64,000 nucleotides of DNA from a virus. This document shows, in pieces, positions 1-13,644 of the stretch. The notes beneath the pieces were generated by a model. It did not search any database, was not told the DNA's origin, and saw nothing but the letters and a program-made list of their open reading frames with translations. Both the position numbers and the translations under genes were made by a program. Each line of letters opens with the position of its first letter. Positions within the stretch are counted from its first letter, which is position 1. The DNA lies in IMG/VR virus record IMGVR_UViG_3300045988_029816; one strand, given 5' to 3'.

Positions 1-1431
1 TCAAACGCAAAATATATGCGACATACGTTCGATGGTGCTAAGTGTGATAATGGAGCATTAAGATTGGATGACAACTTCTTCTCTAAATTACCTAAAATAC
101 AAGATGTTAGATATTGCTTTGCAAATATATCTTTAGCAAAACCTATATCATTTGATTTCTTTAGAAAGAGATATGACAATATTAATACTTAGGTATTCAT
201 AAAGGTTGGCAATGAGTATAAGCCTGCGACTCTGCATGATTATAGATACGGAAGAGATAACACTTATAAAATCTGGAGCTTCTCTCATGTATTTTACAAT
301 GTTAGTCCATAGAGTGGTGCACAGTAGTTTGATATGACCACAGAAATTCCAGACAACTGTGCAAAGAATAATGACACAAGCGATCAGACTGCGTATATGG
401 AATATTATACTCGCACATATGATCCGGATACTGAAGAATATACGTATACAAAACATACTATTAATCACTGCACAGAGCTTACTGATACATAGAATTTGAC
501 AGGTGGATATTAGGCTTCATATAATCTTGGAAATGGAACAATGTTTAATAATGGATAGGTTCCTGATGGAGGCGTAAACAACTTGATTATTCCACCAGAT
601 TTCTTTTATTGTGCAGCAACTTCTCATACTTCAGATAGTGGAGATAATGGTATAACAAACTATAGTTATGCATTTGCTAAAAATAATACGTCTAATACAA
701 TGGCTGGAATTATACCTGAAAATATTTTTAAAGCAAATAGGTCTGGTATTGTAACCGGCGTATTTAACAACCAGGTAATTATACCTCGTCTAGTAGGTTC
801 TACAACATCTGGAAACGAAACAACAAATGTATATGTTTAGTATCCTAAAAACTATACTACATATTCTGTTTTGAATGATGCGTTTGGAGCGCAGCCCGTT
901 ATATTATAGGATAGCATATCTGGCACACATACAATACACAATTATTCGTTTGTAATATTAAATGAGTCAATACCTTCTACAACATCCACATTGAGCAATG
1001 CGTTTAAGAATAGTTGTATAATTCATGGTATAGATTATGGAAGTTATTCTGGAGAAGCTAGATTAAATTTGGCTTGTTCCTACAATAACGGAAACCTTGT
1101 TGAAGGATTTGATATGACTAGATTCTCATCAATTACACTAGACAATATGTTGTACACAAACTTATTGTGTGTGTTAAATGGTCCAATATTTGCTGGTACA
1201 TATTATATATCTAATTGTAAAATGGCTTCTAATAATGCTAAAATTGTATCAACGTGGGGAGAAAATATTGGTAACCATACATCTAGCTTTATAAAATGGC
1301 CTGCAGCAAATAGTAGTATTGTTAATAAGATGTTTGCAGATATAAATGGTATAACTATAACTACTGCTAATATTTAGAATTCTGGAGAAAGTTTAAAGTA
1401 CTATAAAGAAACTGGAGTAAATATAATATGA
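1..1431 (+). CDS. Tail fibre / receptor-binding-like virion protein, C-terminal part (5' end outside window); requires TAG=sense
   Basis: Frame 1 is open from nt 1 to TGA at 1429-1431, interrupted only by TAG codons. It joins track ORFs 583..840 and 991..1377. The sequence is Asn/Thr/Ser-rich and repetitive, typical of fibres. It sits directly upstream of the lysis cassette, and its stop overlaps the next ATG (ATGA). Confidence 0.6.
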
Positions 1432-1853
1432 AATTAACATTAAAAAGAATAGCTCTCCGTCCAACTTACACTATAGGTAAACTTTATATAGACGATGTAT
1501 ATTTTTGCGACACTATAGAAGATACTGTAAGAGACCTCAATAAGAATGGCAAATTTGATAATGGAGAGAAAAAGGTACATTCAAAAACGGCAATACCTTA
1601 CGGAACTTATGAGATCAAGTGGACATATTCACCTAGGTTTAAGAAGTATACACCACAGCTGATGAACGTTCCATCATTTGAAGGTATACGTATTCACGCA
1701 GGAAACACAAGCGCTGACACTGAAGGCTGTTTGATTCTCGGCAAAAACAAATAGGTTGGAAAAGTCCTTAACTCAAGAGCTACTATAAACAAGTTTTATC
1801 CAATAATAAAGGAAGCTTGTTCTAACGGAAAGGTAACTATTGAGATAAAATGA
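1428..1853 (+). CDS. YkuD/L,D-transpeptidase-fold (DUF5675-like) putative cell-wall hydrolase; endolysin candidate
   Basis: Track ORF 1428..1754 continues through one TAG (1752-1754) to TGA at 1851-1853, giving 141 aa. It carries the motif GIRIHAGNTSADTEGCLILG (His ... Gly-Cys), as in YkuD-type catalytic sites. The N-terminus 'LKRI..TYTIGKLYIDDVYFCDTIED' resembles the phage DUF5675 family. Confidence 0.55.
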
Positions 1854-2155
1854 ACAAAGTAACAGGAACATGGCGCGAGAAGATTTAGTATTCAACCGCA
1901 TGTCTCGCGTTTTTAAGCGGTTAGGTTCTCACCTGGGTACAGTATTTACAATAGGGTGAAATCTCCACAGGTGTACTAGGGTTTGTAGCTCAAACGTTAG
2001 TTTATTCAGCTAGTATATACGGAGTATCTATTTATATACAAGGCAAATTTGGTGAGATGAAAACATATTTAAAAGAGTGTTTAACTAATAATGAAAGCAA
2101 TTGTGATGTAGTAGATATTAAGCAAAATAAAGAACAACTACAAAACGCTGCTTAA
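1850..2155 (+). CDS. Putative holin (two hydrophobic segments)
   Basis: The ATG overlaps the previous TGA (ATGA). The 101 codons end at TAA 2153-2155 and contain 3 in-frame TAG. Hydrophobic stretches are STACLAFLSGQVLTWV and GVLGFVAQTLVYSASIYGVSIYI. It lies between the hydrolase and a spanin-like gene. Confidence 0.45.
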
Positions 2156-2756
2156 TGCCATTTGTGGGCTTCTAATAGCCTTTTGTGTAGCGTCTGGTAT
2201 ATTCTACCACAACAAAGCTAATAGGCTCTCACAGGAGCTTAAAATGGCTAATAATAACATCGAAGCCTATTAGGATGCCTTAAACGGTGCCTAGTAGGCT
2301 TCTGGTGTTTTAAGGCTAGATATGAAAAAGCTTAAAGATTATAACGATAATCTTGTGTAGTAGTTGGATTCTGTACGCAAGACAGAAAAGCTAAAAAGCA
2401 AAGAAATTTAGGTAGCGGCAACTTAGAAGTAGATTATAAACGTTAATAAGAGTAAGGGGGTAGGGGGTGATATTATAACTATACTTAAAGACTCTGTTTA
2501 TAAGGATAGTTTACAATATAACAACCTAACTAAAGTATACTATACAATCGGTAAAGATAGTGTTAATATCAAGTTAGATGTATAGAACACTTAGTACCTC
2601 TACGTTTATAAGCATAGAGAATATAAAAACAAAAAGAACTTCTTTAAGAGATTGATAACATTTGACTGGAAAAAGAAAGATGTGTATAAATACAAGATAC
2701 GTAATACGAATGACATACTTAAAGAAGACAGTATAAGAATAATAGAAGCAATATGA
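2091..2756 (+). CDS. Putative spanin-like lysis protein (N-terminal TM anchor plus coiled coil)
   Basis: The frame is open from ATG 2091 (second ATG at 2106 is followed directly by TAG TAG) to TGA 2754-2756. I counted 12 in-frame TAG by hand. It has a TM segment LLNAICGLLIAFCVASGIFY followed by a charged heptad-like region. It overlaps the holin 3' end. Confidence 0.45.
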
Positions 2757-3445
2757 AAACATTCTCAGCTCGTACATTGATAGATGACATACTTCTTATT
2801 GTACGAAATAACAACATAAGTGAGAGTGAGGACATGTCTAGAGATTAGATCTTATCTTGGATAATGTAGTATAAAGCTTATTTGTCTAAGAAAGAAAATG
2901 ATAAAGATGCTGAGACCGGTGATGACGAGGATCCGGATGATAGCTAGTTATCAACTATTGGACCACTTGAACTTATAGACGACCCAGATTCTGGGTCAAA
3001 GGACTGTTGCTGCTGTCATTGTTGTAAACTAAAGAGAACAAAAAATAAGCTGTATACAATGGAGAATAGTAGCGACGACATAGTTAACGTTACTGATGCT
3101 AGTGGCTGCGTTATACAGATTATGAGTAAATCTAGAAAGCATTATCATAATTTTAGAAGGTATACATACAATGAACCTATGTGTTGGTTTGATGATTAGT
3201 ATATATACGTTGATGGTAATGGTTCAGAAAACTTTAAATACATATACGTTACAGGAATATTTGACCCAACACAAACAGCTGGTAGTGAAGATGATATAAT
3301 GATACCTGGATGGATGATACCAGATATTAAAAAAGCTATCATGATTAACGAATTAGCGTTTATGCTTAAGAGGCCTAGTGACGATAGTAACAACTCAACA
3401 TTAGCAAGCGTTAAACCAAATGGTCCTCAAGATAAGGAAGAATAA
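2753..3445 (+). CDS. Virion-module protein of unknown function with a Cys cluster (DCCCCHCC)
   Basis: The ATG overlaps the preceding TGA. It is 230 aa, ends at TAA 3443-3445 and has 4 in-frame TAG. It has an acidic linker followed by SKDCCCCHCCKLK. Confidence 0.6.
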
Positions 3446-3890
3446 GAAAAGCTATACAATAGCTGATATATATAGAGACTACATTAAAAAGAACGATGTA
3501 GAGCTTAATTACGCGCGATATAAGCGCATTATAGACGAATTTAATAAAGTTGTCAAGGAAGAGATTTTAGAGCGCTCACAGCCATTTAAAATGCCTTATG
3601 GACTAGGTACTATATGCATAGTAAAATATAAACCTAAGAGCTATTCTGATTAGTCATTGTCTACAGATTATAAATCAACAAAAGAAGTAGGTAAAAGGGT
3701 TTATCATTTAAACGAGCACTCTAATGGATACAAATATAGATTATATTGGTCAAAAATACCAAGGGTATTTTCTGATAGATATAAATACTAGCTATGTATG
3801 GTTAGAGAAAACAAAAGGCACCTTGCTCAACTTATATTTAATAAACAAGATTATATAAATATAGATGATATACAAATATACAAAATGTGA
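3420..3890 (+). CDS. HU/IHF-like DNA-binding protein
   Basis: Track ORF 3420..3653 extends through 2 TAG to TGA 3888-3890, giving 156 aa. 'FNKVVKEEILERSQPFKMPYGLGTICIVKYK' fits the HU/IHF pattern (helix, then x-G-x-G-x-F/I-x-V beta arm). IHF-like genes are conserved in crAss-like virion modules. Confidence 0.5.
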
Positions 3891-3909
3891 GTCAGTTATA
3901 GCTAAAATT

Positions 3910-4728
3910 ATGGCTGACTCAAACATGCAAGAAAAGAACATACGTATTACAGATATACGAGAATGGATCTTTGAAGCTGTTGAGAAGATTGGTGCTCCTG
4001 TATAGTATGTATAGAAAGAGTCTGGTGAAGATTGCGTTCCAATATTTGAAATACACGAACATCAAGTTCCAATACCAGAAGACTTAGAGTCATTGACAAC
4101 TGTAGCCTATTCAAACAATGGAACAAATTGGGTATAGGCACTAAAAGATGAAAGCTCATTTAAGTCTAAAGCTAACACAAAGCATATACATCACTATCAC
4201 CCAGAACAACCAGCTGGAGTAATGCTGCCTACGCATAGATCGTAGCTTTTAGGAATCAATGGTAGCACTACATTAATGGATGCTATTAGAGACCATAAAG
4301 TAGATGTTCCTACATACTGGATTAAACCAGGTTGGATAGTCTTTAATAAAGACAAGGGTTTTGTTAAATTGTCATACAAGGCAATAGCTACAGATGAAAG
4401 GGGTTACCCACTTATCCCAGACTTAGCTTCATATTAGGAAGCTATATACTGGTATGTAATGATGAAGTTAAGCTTTCCAAAGTTCCTTAGAGGATCACTT
4501 GGTGGAAAAGCTAGATATAATTAGAACACATACTTCTACATATAGTAGTAGTGGAATTTCTATAGAAACCAGGCTTACGCTGAAGCAATGATGCCAAACG
4601 AAAGTGAAATGCTTACTATTAAGAATGAGTGGACTAAGCTTATACCAGAGTGGGATGATGACGAGAACTTCTTTAATAACACCGGAAAGAAATAGTTAAA
4701 CTTTAACGATTATTGCTATGGATACTAA
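3910..4728 (+). CDS. Virion structural protein, unknown function
   Basis: ATG 3910 to TAA 4726-4728, 272 aa, with 10 in-frame TAG including a TAG TAG TAG triplet. The frame is otherwise open. It overlaps the next gene's start by 11 nt. Confidence 0.6.
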
Positions 4729-7700
4729 TACTGAACCACAAATTAATAGTTTCGCAGGAGGATTAAATAGTGATGATGATCTCTCTGTTGTTGCCACAAA
4801 CTAGTATATTGATGCTAGAAATATAAAAATATCATCATATAGAGGTGGAGAAGGCAGAGATAATAGACATGGATCATTAATGCCAGTCTAGGGTGTAAAA
4901 TTAGCTGGATCATTTGCTGGCGAGAGCAACAAAGTTATTGCCACTGGTTCAATAAGAGATTACGGAGTAGTTGTTTGCATTGATGAAAATGAAAATAGAC
5001 TTAAGATCTATAGTTTTAAAAACGCAATAGGCGGAACTGTTCATGATTAGGACTTTAATAACATACAAAATAGTAGGCTTGTTGTAGACGCACCATTGTT
5101 ACCATTAGATGATGGAGAAAAATATCCTGATGCATTTGATATTTAGCTTAATTACGAGAGCGAAAACAATATCAAGCTATACTTAGCAGATTCAATACAT
5201 CCTATAATGGTTTTTAATATAAGCAATGATTTTTTATATGATGATCTTAACAAATGCTTATCTTATCCAGAAGCAGTTTGCAAACCACCGATATTTGAAG
5301 AGTATGTGCCAGGAAAAATAGAATTTGGAGTTGTAAGTTATTGTTATTAGTTATATAATAGATACGGAATACATACAGGAGCATCTATACAATGCTAGCA
5401 GATACCAATTGGCAATTATGATTTCGATAGCAAATACGTAAAGTGCGGTGGTAAATAGGGCGCTATATCAAATTGCGGAGTAAAGATATCTATACAAATT
5501 CCTAGTAATTATTGGCATCTTGATTATATCAAAGTATTTAGAGTACAGTACACGCAAAACGGATAGATGCCAATTGTATCTGTAATATACGATGCTAAAA
5601 TAAACTTTGATGAAGAAAATGATTCTTCAGAGTTAGTTATAAACGATGTTGGTAATGATCCAATAGAACATATCAGTGTTGAAGAATTAAATTCATTACA
5701 AGGCGTTAGAATAATACCTAATTCATTGGCATCTAAAGACGGTTTTCTGTTTGCCGCAAACACAAAGACAATACAGACTACTATTAAAGATTTCGATAAA
5801 TGGGATGCAAGAGCATTTAGGTTTAATTACGAAAACAAAAGCACTGTAACAGATGTTAATGGTGATAACTCATTTATAATAGACGCACACGGCAAAGACA
5901 TAGAAGACGACTCTGTTGCCGTTCCTCCATTTGACCATGATTGTTATGATGATACTTATAATAACATAAATAAAGAAGCTTCATTGTATTATGCTAATTT
6001 TGTATTCGATTCAAAATATCAATGGGTCGGAGGATCTGGTAAAAATATAGAATGGAGATTTGTTATTTCTTCTTAGGTAGAAGATTCTTGTGTAAAAGAA
6101 AACAATACAAGAAAGATAGGAACATTATACAATTATTCTCAAAAAGAAAACATATAGCAAAATAATGTTTTTTACATTGATAAAAATTTTAAACCATCCA
6201 TAATAGAGAAAGCAGAATTTGATCCTGGAATAAATAAAAACACATGGTTGATAAAGTCACTTAGACGAAATGAGATTTATCGTTACGGAATTGTTTTGTA
6301 TGATAAATATTGCCAAGCTTCTCCAGTTAAATGGATTGCTGATATAAGAACCCCAAATGTAACTGAAGAAGGTTTCTAGTTAATGTCGTCAAATACTATC
6401 GTTAATGGCAAGCGTTACGAACTAGTTATAAGAAATCTTGGAATACAATTTATGGTAAAAAGTTTACCAGAAGGCTGTACTGGTTATCAGATAGTTAGAT
6501 GTGCTAGACATGAATCTGATATTGCTACAATATCACAGGGTGTACTCAGTTCTCCTGTGTCTAATGCATATAGTAGACAGTTTGAAGGAAATAACGATGA
6601 TTATTGGGTAACAAAATACCATATGTTTTGTCCAACAGGATTCTTAACAACAAATAAGTTTATAGAAGGATATAATGTACATGATTAGCTTGTTAAAGAT
6701 GGAAAGGATTCTAAGTCTCAATGTATGACAAATATAGATAATGACAAATTATTGCAATTTGTTTCAAAGGAAATTTGTTATCAGCCAGAATCGTTTAAAC
6801 AATTTACAAAAGACAAAAAATATTATTTACAAAAATAGTCTTTTTTATTTGGAGCTAGGGGCGATCATAAGTTTCGTGATGACTAGTATGACTTTACTGG
6901 GTGGGGTGATAATGGTTCATAGTATGATTATGGACCATTAGTCGGTTATAACAAAAGAACAAGTTTTAAATTTATAATACCATGTATTTCAAACTGTGCT
7001 GTCGAGTTGTTTACTGGACCAGGTGACAATGGAGATGGAAGAGGAGAATTTTATGTTAACAACTTAACAATAAACAACGGGCTTTCTAAAGATAGTACAA
7101 TCTGTTATCTGGATATACCATTTAATCCAAGTTATTTCTATAAAGTTAATCCTTAGTCTCACAAAAATAAAGGAATTAATTATATTGATCCTTTACATTA
7201 CTTTGCGGCTACAATTGGTGGACTTGGAGACGATAGACCGTATTCGTATGCATTAGCAAAAGATTGCATTTTAAATTTTGATAGACTATATAATAGTGAC
7301 GACTAGTCTGCTAATGATAGAAAAGAAAAATCTGGTAAATTTATAATACAGAAAGCCTTCGCTTATATAAAATTGTACGAATAGAGTACTTATGTACAAG
7401 ATTTTTTTACAGGTATTTTTACACCTTCTGATGATTGGTTTACAAACGTTTATAGAAATTATATACAGGACTTTTAGTTAGTTGATCAAATAAAATGGGA
7501 TTAGGCATTCAAAAGAAACTTTAATAATGATAATAATGAACAGATGTCATCAAAGTCTTATCCAAATTATGCAGTTTCTGCTGGTGGGGCACTATTTGTA
7601 AATATGATTACCGGTGGTATTTGTAATGATTCTAATTTCAATATATTAGAATCATTTGGTAATTATAATGGCGGTTTTAAAAATGACGGAACCGGTACGC

Positions 7701-9424
7701 ATGGTGATAAAAACGCATGTTTTGGAACTGGAGGAAAGTGTTTATTGTTAAGTTGTTGGTATAAAGAAAAAGGAACAGCTGGTGCGATTTCTTATTATTA
7801 TCCTAAGAATGGCAATTATTATGATAGCTTAGAGCAAGAACTATCACAGACAGATCATACAGAAATTGGTGAGATATGCAAGATAATCAGACCAACTCTA
7901 CTTGGAACATATCTAACTAATCTTAGATAGCAAACAACTCCTTATGGTGGGTATTCGTTTACAAATAGACTTACAAATATATATTATGGAGATGGTAATT
8001 ACTTTGAGTCTATAAATAAATGGAATACAGTATTTGATGGAGATTGCCATGTAGAGACATTCGAATATACCTCTATGCATAAAGTGTATGGAACTTATAC
8101 AAAGGACGGAAGCGATAATTTACAGTTCCCTAATACACATATGATAACATACTCTATACCAACAGAATCAAATATATGGTGCAAATTCCAACATGGATGG
8201 ACATTTAGTTCTAATGCGAGAGATAATTACGCATCTTTCATATAGGCTGAACCGTGCGAGATAACAGAAGCTTACGTACAAAAAGATCCTGAATACGTTT
8301 ACAATTCTGTCTATAGTGTATATAATACAAGCATGCCGTTTGCTGCGTACGATGATCTTAATCCACAAGATTATAATAAAACTATAGATACAAGAGTATA
8401 TTATTCTGATTTAAAACAGAATGATGAAATTATAGATAGCTGGTGTAAATTTAGAAGCTCTAATTTTATAGACGTCGATTAGGAATATGGCTCTATAACT
8501 GATATATGTACATTTAAGAATGTTCTTACATTTTTCTAGGAGCAATCATTTGGTATACTCAGTGTTAATGACCGTAGTGTTGCTACAGACAATTCTGGAC
8601 AAAACATAGTATTAGGAACTGGAGGAGTACTTGATAGATATGACTACTACAGCAATACTTATGGAATGCATAAGCAGCAATTCTGTTCAGTATGTACTAC
8701 AGGTGGTTTATATTGGTTTGATAGTCATAATAATGTAATCTGCTTATTCGACGGATAGAGCGTAGTATAGCTTTCAAAACAAGGTAAAGTATAGAATATA
8801 CTGAACAAGTATAAAAAGAACGATAACTTTAAGGTATTCTACAACAATAGATACAATGAAGTTGTATTCAATGTTTTAAGCGATGATATGCAGATAGTGT
8901 ATAATGAAATGCTTGGCAAATTCACATCAACACTAACTATTCCGTTTGATGGAGCTATATAGTTCTTTAATGGAGAATATCTTGTAAAGAAAAACGATAC
9001 TGTATGTGTGTATTAGTACGATTATCTAGACGAATCGCCTAAATCAACAAATCAGTAGTTACTTTCAAGTTACGTTAAATATGTTGTTGCTCAATAGCCA
9101 CTCGTTACAAAGGTGTTTGACAATCAAGAGATTGTTACATACGAAAATCTATAGTTACAGGATGTTATATACGACTAGGATGACTACTTCTCAAAAAATC
9201 ATAAATATACATGGTAGACAGAATCTTAGAAAATAGAGTCTAGTCTAGAAGAACAGATAACACTTAGAGAAAATAATCATAGATTTGTCATACCTAGGGC
9301 TGATGGATTATTTGGAAATAGAGCTAGAGGTAAGGTCATGATTTGCAGTATAGAAGATATTAAACCAAATCCAGCTATGGCAATACAATATATAATAACA
9401 AAATATAGATAGTCATGGAGTTAA
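4718..9424 (+). CDS. Large tail protein (phage stabilisation-protein / muzzle-like), 1568 aa
   Basis: Frame 2 is open from ATG 4718 to TAA 9422-9424, with only TAG interruptions (checked codon by codon). It joins track ORFs 5567.., 6383.., 7544... The N-terminus 'NSFAGGLNSDDD' and the segment 'FFQEQSFGILSVNDRSVATDNSGQNIVLGTGGVLDRYDY' resemble podovirus tail stabilisation and tubular proteins. Confidence 0.65.
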
Positions 9425-10152
9425 AGTAGAGAAAGAAGATAAATAATATACCAAAATTCAATAACGGTATAGACCTATCTGGTAGCGTAAAAGGTATTGG
9501 TGGAGATATTACTGGTTTGAACACATATAAACAGCAACTTACATCAGTTCCAACAAGAATGGAAGTAAATGGAATGAGAACTCCTGGAAATTTATCACTT
9601 AGTTCTGGAGGAAGCGGAATAAGAACAGGAGCTGTTAATGGAACAATAGGAATGATACAAGGATATAATTCCATGTAGAACGCAGTAAAGGGAACTGATG
9701 AACTTATGGCTTATTCTGGACAAAGAACAGATTAGGCATTCGGTGTAAATTACCAAGCATAGAATGATATCAACAGACAGAAAGCCATGGACGATATATC
9801 TAAGTCGAATAGAAATGCAACATTAGGAATGGTTGGATCTGGAGCTGCTGCTGGAGCTGCTATAGGTTCAGCTATACCTGGTGTCGGTACGCTTATAGGA
9901 GGAGCAGTTGGAGCTATCACAGGATTATTCGGAGGCTTGTTTGGAAGTAAAAAAGCTAGAGAGAGATAGCGTAGAAAGATATTTAACGCACAATAGAAAG
10001 TTAATCTTATCAACTAGGTTAATCAATCGTCAGCTGCAACAGAAGGCCTTACATAGCAATATTATTTAGATAATGGTAACACGTATGATGATGTATTATA
10101 TGCTAACCGAGGAAAAGATTTAAGAAAACCAAGATATGTTAAAGGGAAATAA
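9415..10152 (+). CDS. Internal virion / ejection-type protein with a glycine-zipper membrane segment
   Basis: ATG 9415 to TAA 10150-10152, 245 aa, with 8 in-frame TAG. It contains GMVGSGAAAGAAIGSAIPGVGTLIGGAVGAITGLFGGLFG (track ORF 9787..9969). Confidence 0.55.
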
Positions 10153-11908
10153 AGTGTGGACACCTAATGGTTATTAGGCTGGTCCGGTTAATAGTTTGGT
10201 CGGTAAAGGAGAGTCTATTATAGATTACACAAATGGTACCGGCACTCTTGTAACGAAGGGTAAAGTTGGGGTTGATAATTAGCCTAGCTCTGTTAGAAGA
10301 GATGATAATAATGTTATAGCTGGTAACGATATAGACTGGAGCAATGGAATGAAGTTTTCTGACCAAGTAGCCCCGTTGACAGCTAAGCTTTAGATGTATA
10401 ATGATATTGAAAAAAGAGCAGGTAAGAAATCCGATCTTAGCTCTTTATCAAAGTAGACGATTGAGCTTCAGAAAAATCAATTAGATCGCGCTAAAGCCCC
10501 TATTTTGCAAGCTATGAAGAATATTACAGATAGACAAGAGAAACAGCATTAGATCGAAGATTACGCAGCTTAGATTAAGCATAATTGCGGGAAAGATAGA
10601 TTTGATAAAGGAAAAAGTTTCTGGAAATCCTACACAACAGGCGGAAAAGGAAAGGTATCAAATCTTATGCTTGATACAGGTTATGCTTTACCAGCACTGC
10701 TTGAAACATAGATGCTTAATCATTGGCGTAGAGAAAACCCTGTAATGCCAAATATATATGCAGCTAATAGATATGCACCAATAGCTTTGCAGACAATGGC
10801 TGGTAATAGAGTATCAGCTAATCCTGTTCTTGAAAAATTATATGCACAAGATAGACAGGCTGCTTATTAGCTTGCTAATTCTGGTGGTTATACAGGTGGT
10901 CAGAGATAGGCTAATAGAGTAGCTTTAGCTTTAGGAAATTAGAGAAATGTTGCTGATGCACTCATGAATGTACAGGAAAAGAATGCTGCATATAGAAATG
11001 CTTATGCTGAGATGGCTGCCAGACTTGGTGATAGTGATGCACAGAGATTACAGCAGTCTAACCAATACGGATGGGAAGCTTACAATAGAGCACACGGTGC
11101 TAAGGCAAAGGGTATTGAAACACACTTATCTAATCTTGGTCTTATTGGTCAGAAATGGTTATCACAGCATATTAAAAACAAGCAGTATGGAGATATACTT
11201 GATATGTATCAGTAGGACATAGATAACAAGAAAGAAGCATTAAAAACAATATACGGTATAGGAGCAGATGGTAATAAAGGTACAACTGGTAATACTGGTA
11301 GTACAAACAATTCAAAAGGAAGTGGTGCAAATAATTCGTACATAAGGCCGACCGGATAGCCGTACGAAATGAATATGTACCAACGTAGCATTTAGCCGTA
11401 TGGAGATTGGTAGTAGAAGGCTATTTCTGACATTAGTAATTTACCATTGCCAAATTTACCATATTATCATACAAATTACTTAGATACAATAGATTGGGAT
11501 AAGTATTTTGAAGCTTAGAAAAAATGGAACAAAATTATTAAAGGTAACAATGGTATCCCTAAATCGTCTTAGTATATGTATTACGACAAATCTACTTCCA
11601 CACCGAATGATTATTTGTCTAATTTAATACCTCAAATGATACCAACTTTACCAGATAGTAGTAAATATATGCAAACGTATCAAAAGTACATGGGCATACC
11701 AATGGATCAATTAAGAAAAGATTATAGCAAATATCTTGGCGGCGATCTTTTTACAGAAAATTCTAAAGAACCACTTGGATTTACTAGAACAAGTGCACCT
11801 GGTAACAAAAAGACTATATCGAGATATGGGTTCCCAATTAATAGAGATCAAATGATCAGGGGTCTTCTGCTATATAATAATAATTTTAAAGTTCCATCTA
11901 TTAATTAA
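10136..11908 (+). CDS. Virion (cargo/tail) protein, unknown function, 590 aa
   Basis: ATG 10136 overlaps the previous gene's end. Frame 2 is open to TAA 11906-11908 with only TAG interruptions. It joins track ORFs 10964..11215 and 11576..11908. Confidence 0.55.
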
Positions 11909-11917
11909 TAATAAAGT

Positions 11918-13633
11918 ATGATAGGAATGTATGATGAGCCAGTAGCGGTGCCTATAATCGATCTACTGGATAGTAGCATGATGTCATAGTACATCAGTGC
12001 TGCAAGAGAACAATACAATTAGGCAGTATAGGACTAGAAGGAGTTCGCTAAAGAATTCGGTGAGTTATATGGGCCTAATGCTAATGTAAATAAAGAGTTT
12101 TACGATATCACAAGGGGAGCTGTTAACAAAGGATTAGATTACCTCTATTAGAACGGAATAGATCCTGTTAGATCAGCAGAAGGAAGAGCGTATATAGCCA
12201 AGATTATTAGAGAGAGACCATATGCAGAAATAGCTAACCTTAAAGCTCAGAATGAGTCAATGAAGACTTATTAGAGATATAGAGCAGAAGCTATGCGTAA
12301 TGGTACATATGATCCAGATTTTGAAAAATTTGTATTGGGTGGTAAGACATTGGAGTCTTGGGACCCATCTACAGACGGAATGTGGACAAGAGAAGCTCCA
12401 TCTAAGTATTCTAGCCTTAAGGACTGGACAAGTAATCTGTTTGATAACATGTAGCTTGAGTATGATGACGAGGCTACTAAGAAGACCGGAGGAATGTATC
12501 AAGTATATTCTAAATCTCCAAAGAAGATGCAGTAGATTCTTGATGCGAATATAAAGGATATGACAAAGTCTGATCTTGGTAGATACTATCTCAATATGTA
12601 TGGAGGTGATATAGATGCACTTAAGGCTGATATTATTAATCGTAATAGAGAATATACTCAGGTAGACAGACGAGCTGATCAGGTAAAAGTTCATCTCAAT
12701 GACCAGTAGTTCCAGGCTAATGAAGCTGCTAAGCAGAGAGCGTTCCAGCATAGCGAAAATGAGCTTAATAGGAAGAATTAGCGTGATATTGCCGCAGCTA
12801 GAGGCGCTAATAATGGTGCTTCCAAAAATGGCGGAGCAGATGGAGGATATAGCTATTCGTATACAAAGAAGGTAAAAAATGCCGAAACAGCAGCAGGGTT
12901 AAGAGATAGATCTGGAAAGCTTAATTCTAATTTGGATCCAGCAAAGGTTCAGAGTATGACAGAGCAGCAGCTTAAAGATTTAATAAGATTAAGATAGGGT
13001 GCGTTATCTAAAAGTGTGACCGGTCCAGTTACGGCAACAACTGTAATAAGACATTTATCTAGAACTGGAGACGATCCTGCAGTATTTGGAACAAGACACG
13101 GATTAACTGGTGTACCTGGTTCAAAATCTAAGAAGATTAATTATACCGTAAACGGCTCTACAACATTATATAGTGCCCAAGATATTTATAGTTCTATGAG
13201 TGGAAGAAGGGTTGCATGGAAACATAAAGGTACAAATATTGTTGATAAAAATGGTCGAATAATAAAGCTTAATGGTGGAGATAGATTTGAAAGACCAAAT
13301 AATGTAAAAAATCCTTCTAGAATAGAAGACTTTATTGGCGATCCTAACTACTCTGTTGTAATGCGTCCAACAGTAAATGGTGAAACAGTTAGCGTAGTTG
13401 GTAAAGATGGAAAACTTCATACTTATGACGCCGTCGATGTTTATATAGGAACTGGAAAAGGAAGCAATTATAAGGATTTAAATAGAACGCCGATTAGATC
13501 ATATGTGCCAGTTTCTGGAACAGATTTATCAGTTGATGAGTTAGGTATATCAGCTGACCACTTTATAGCAAAAAAGAACGGATATAAAACCACTAATACA
13601 ACAGTTGAAAATCCATCTGATTTTGATTATTAA
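11918..13633 (+). CDS. Virion (cargo/tail) protein, unknown function, 571 aa
   Basis: ATG 11918 to TAA 13631-13633 in frame 2 with only TAG interruptions. It includes track ORF 13016..13633. Confidence 0.55.
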
Positions 13634-13644
13634 TACTATTTAAC

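Noticed and set aside
1429-3890. TGA-to-Trp recoding (code 4) as the alternative code
   Set aside because: TGA occurs exactly at gene ends with ATGA start overlaps (1429-1431, 1851-1853, 2754-2756, 3888-3890). I did not find it in-frame inside the long genes I read.
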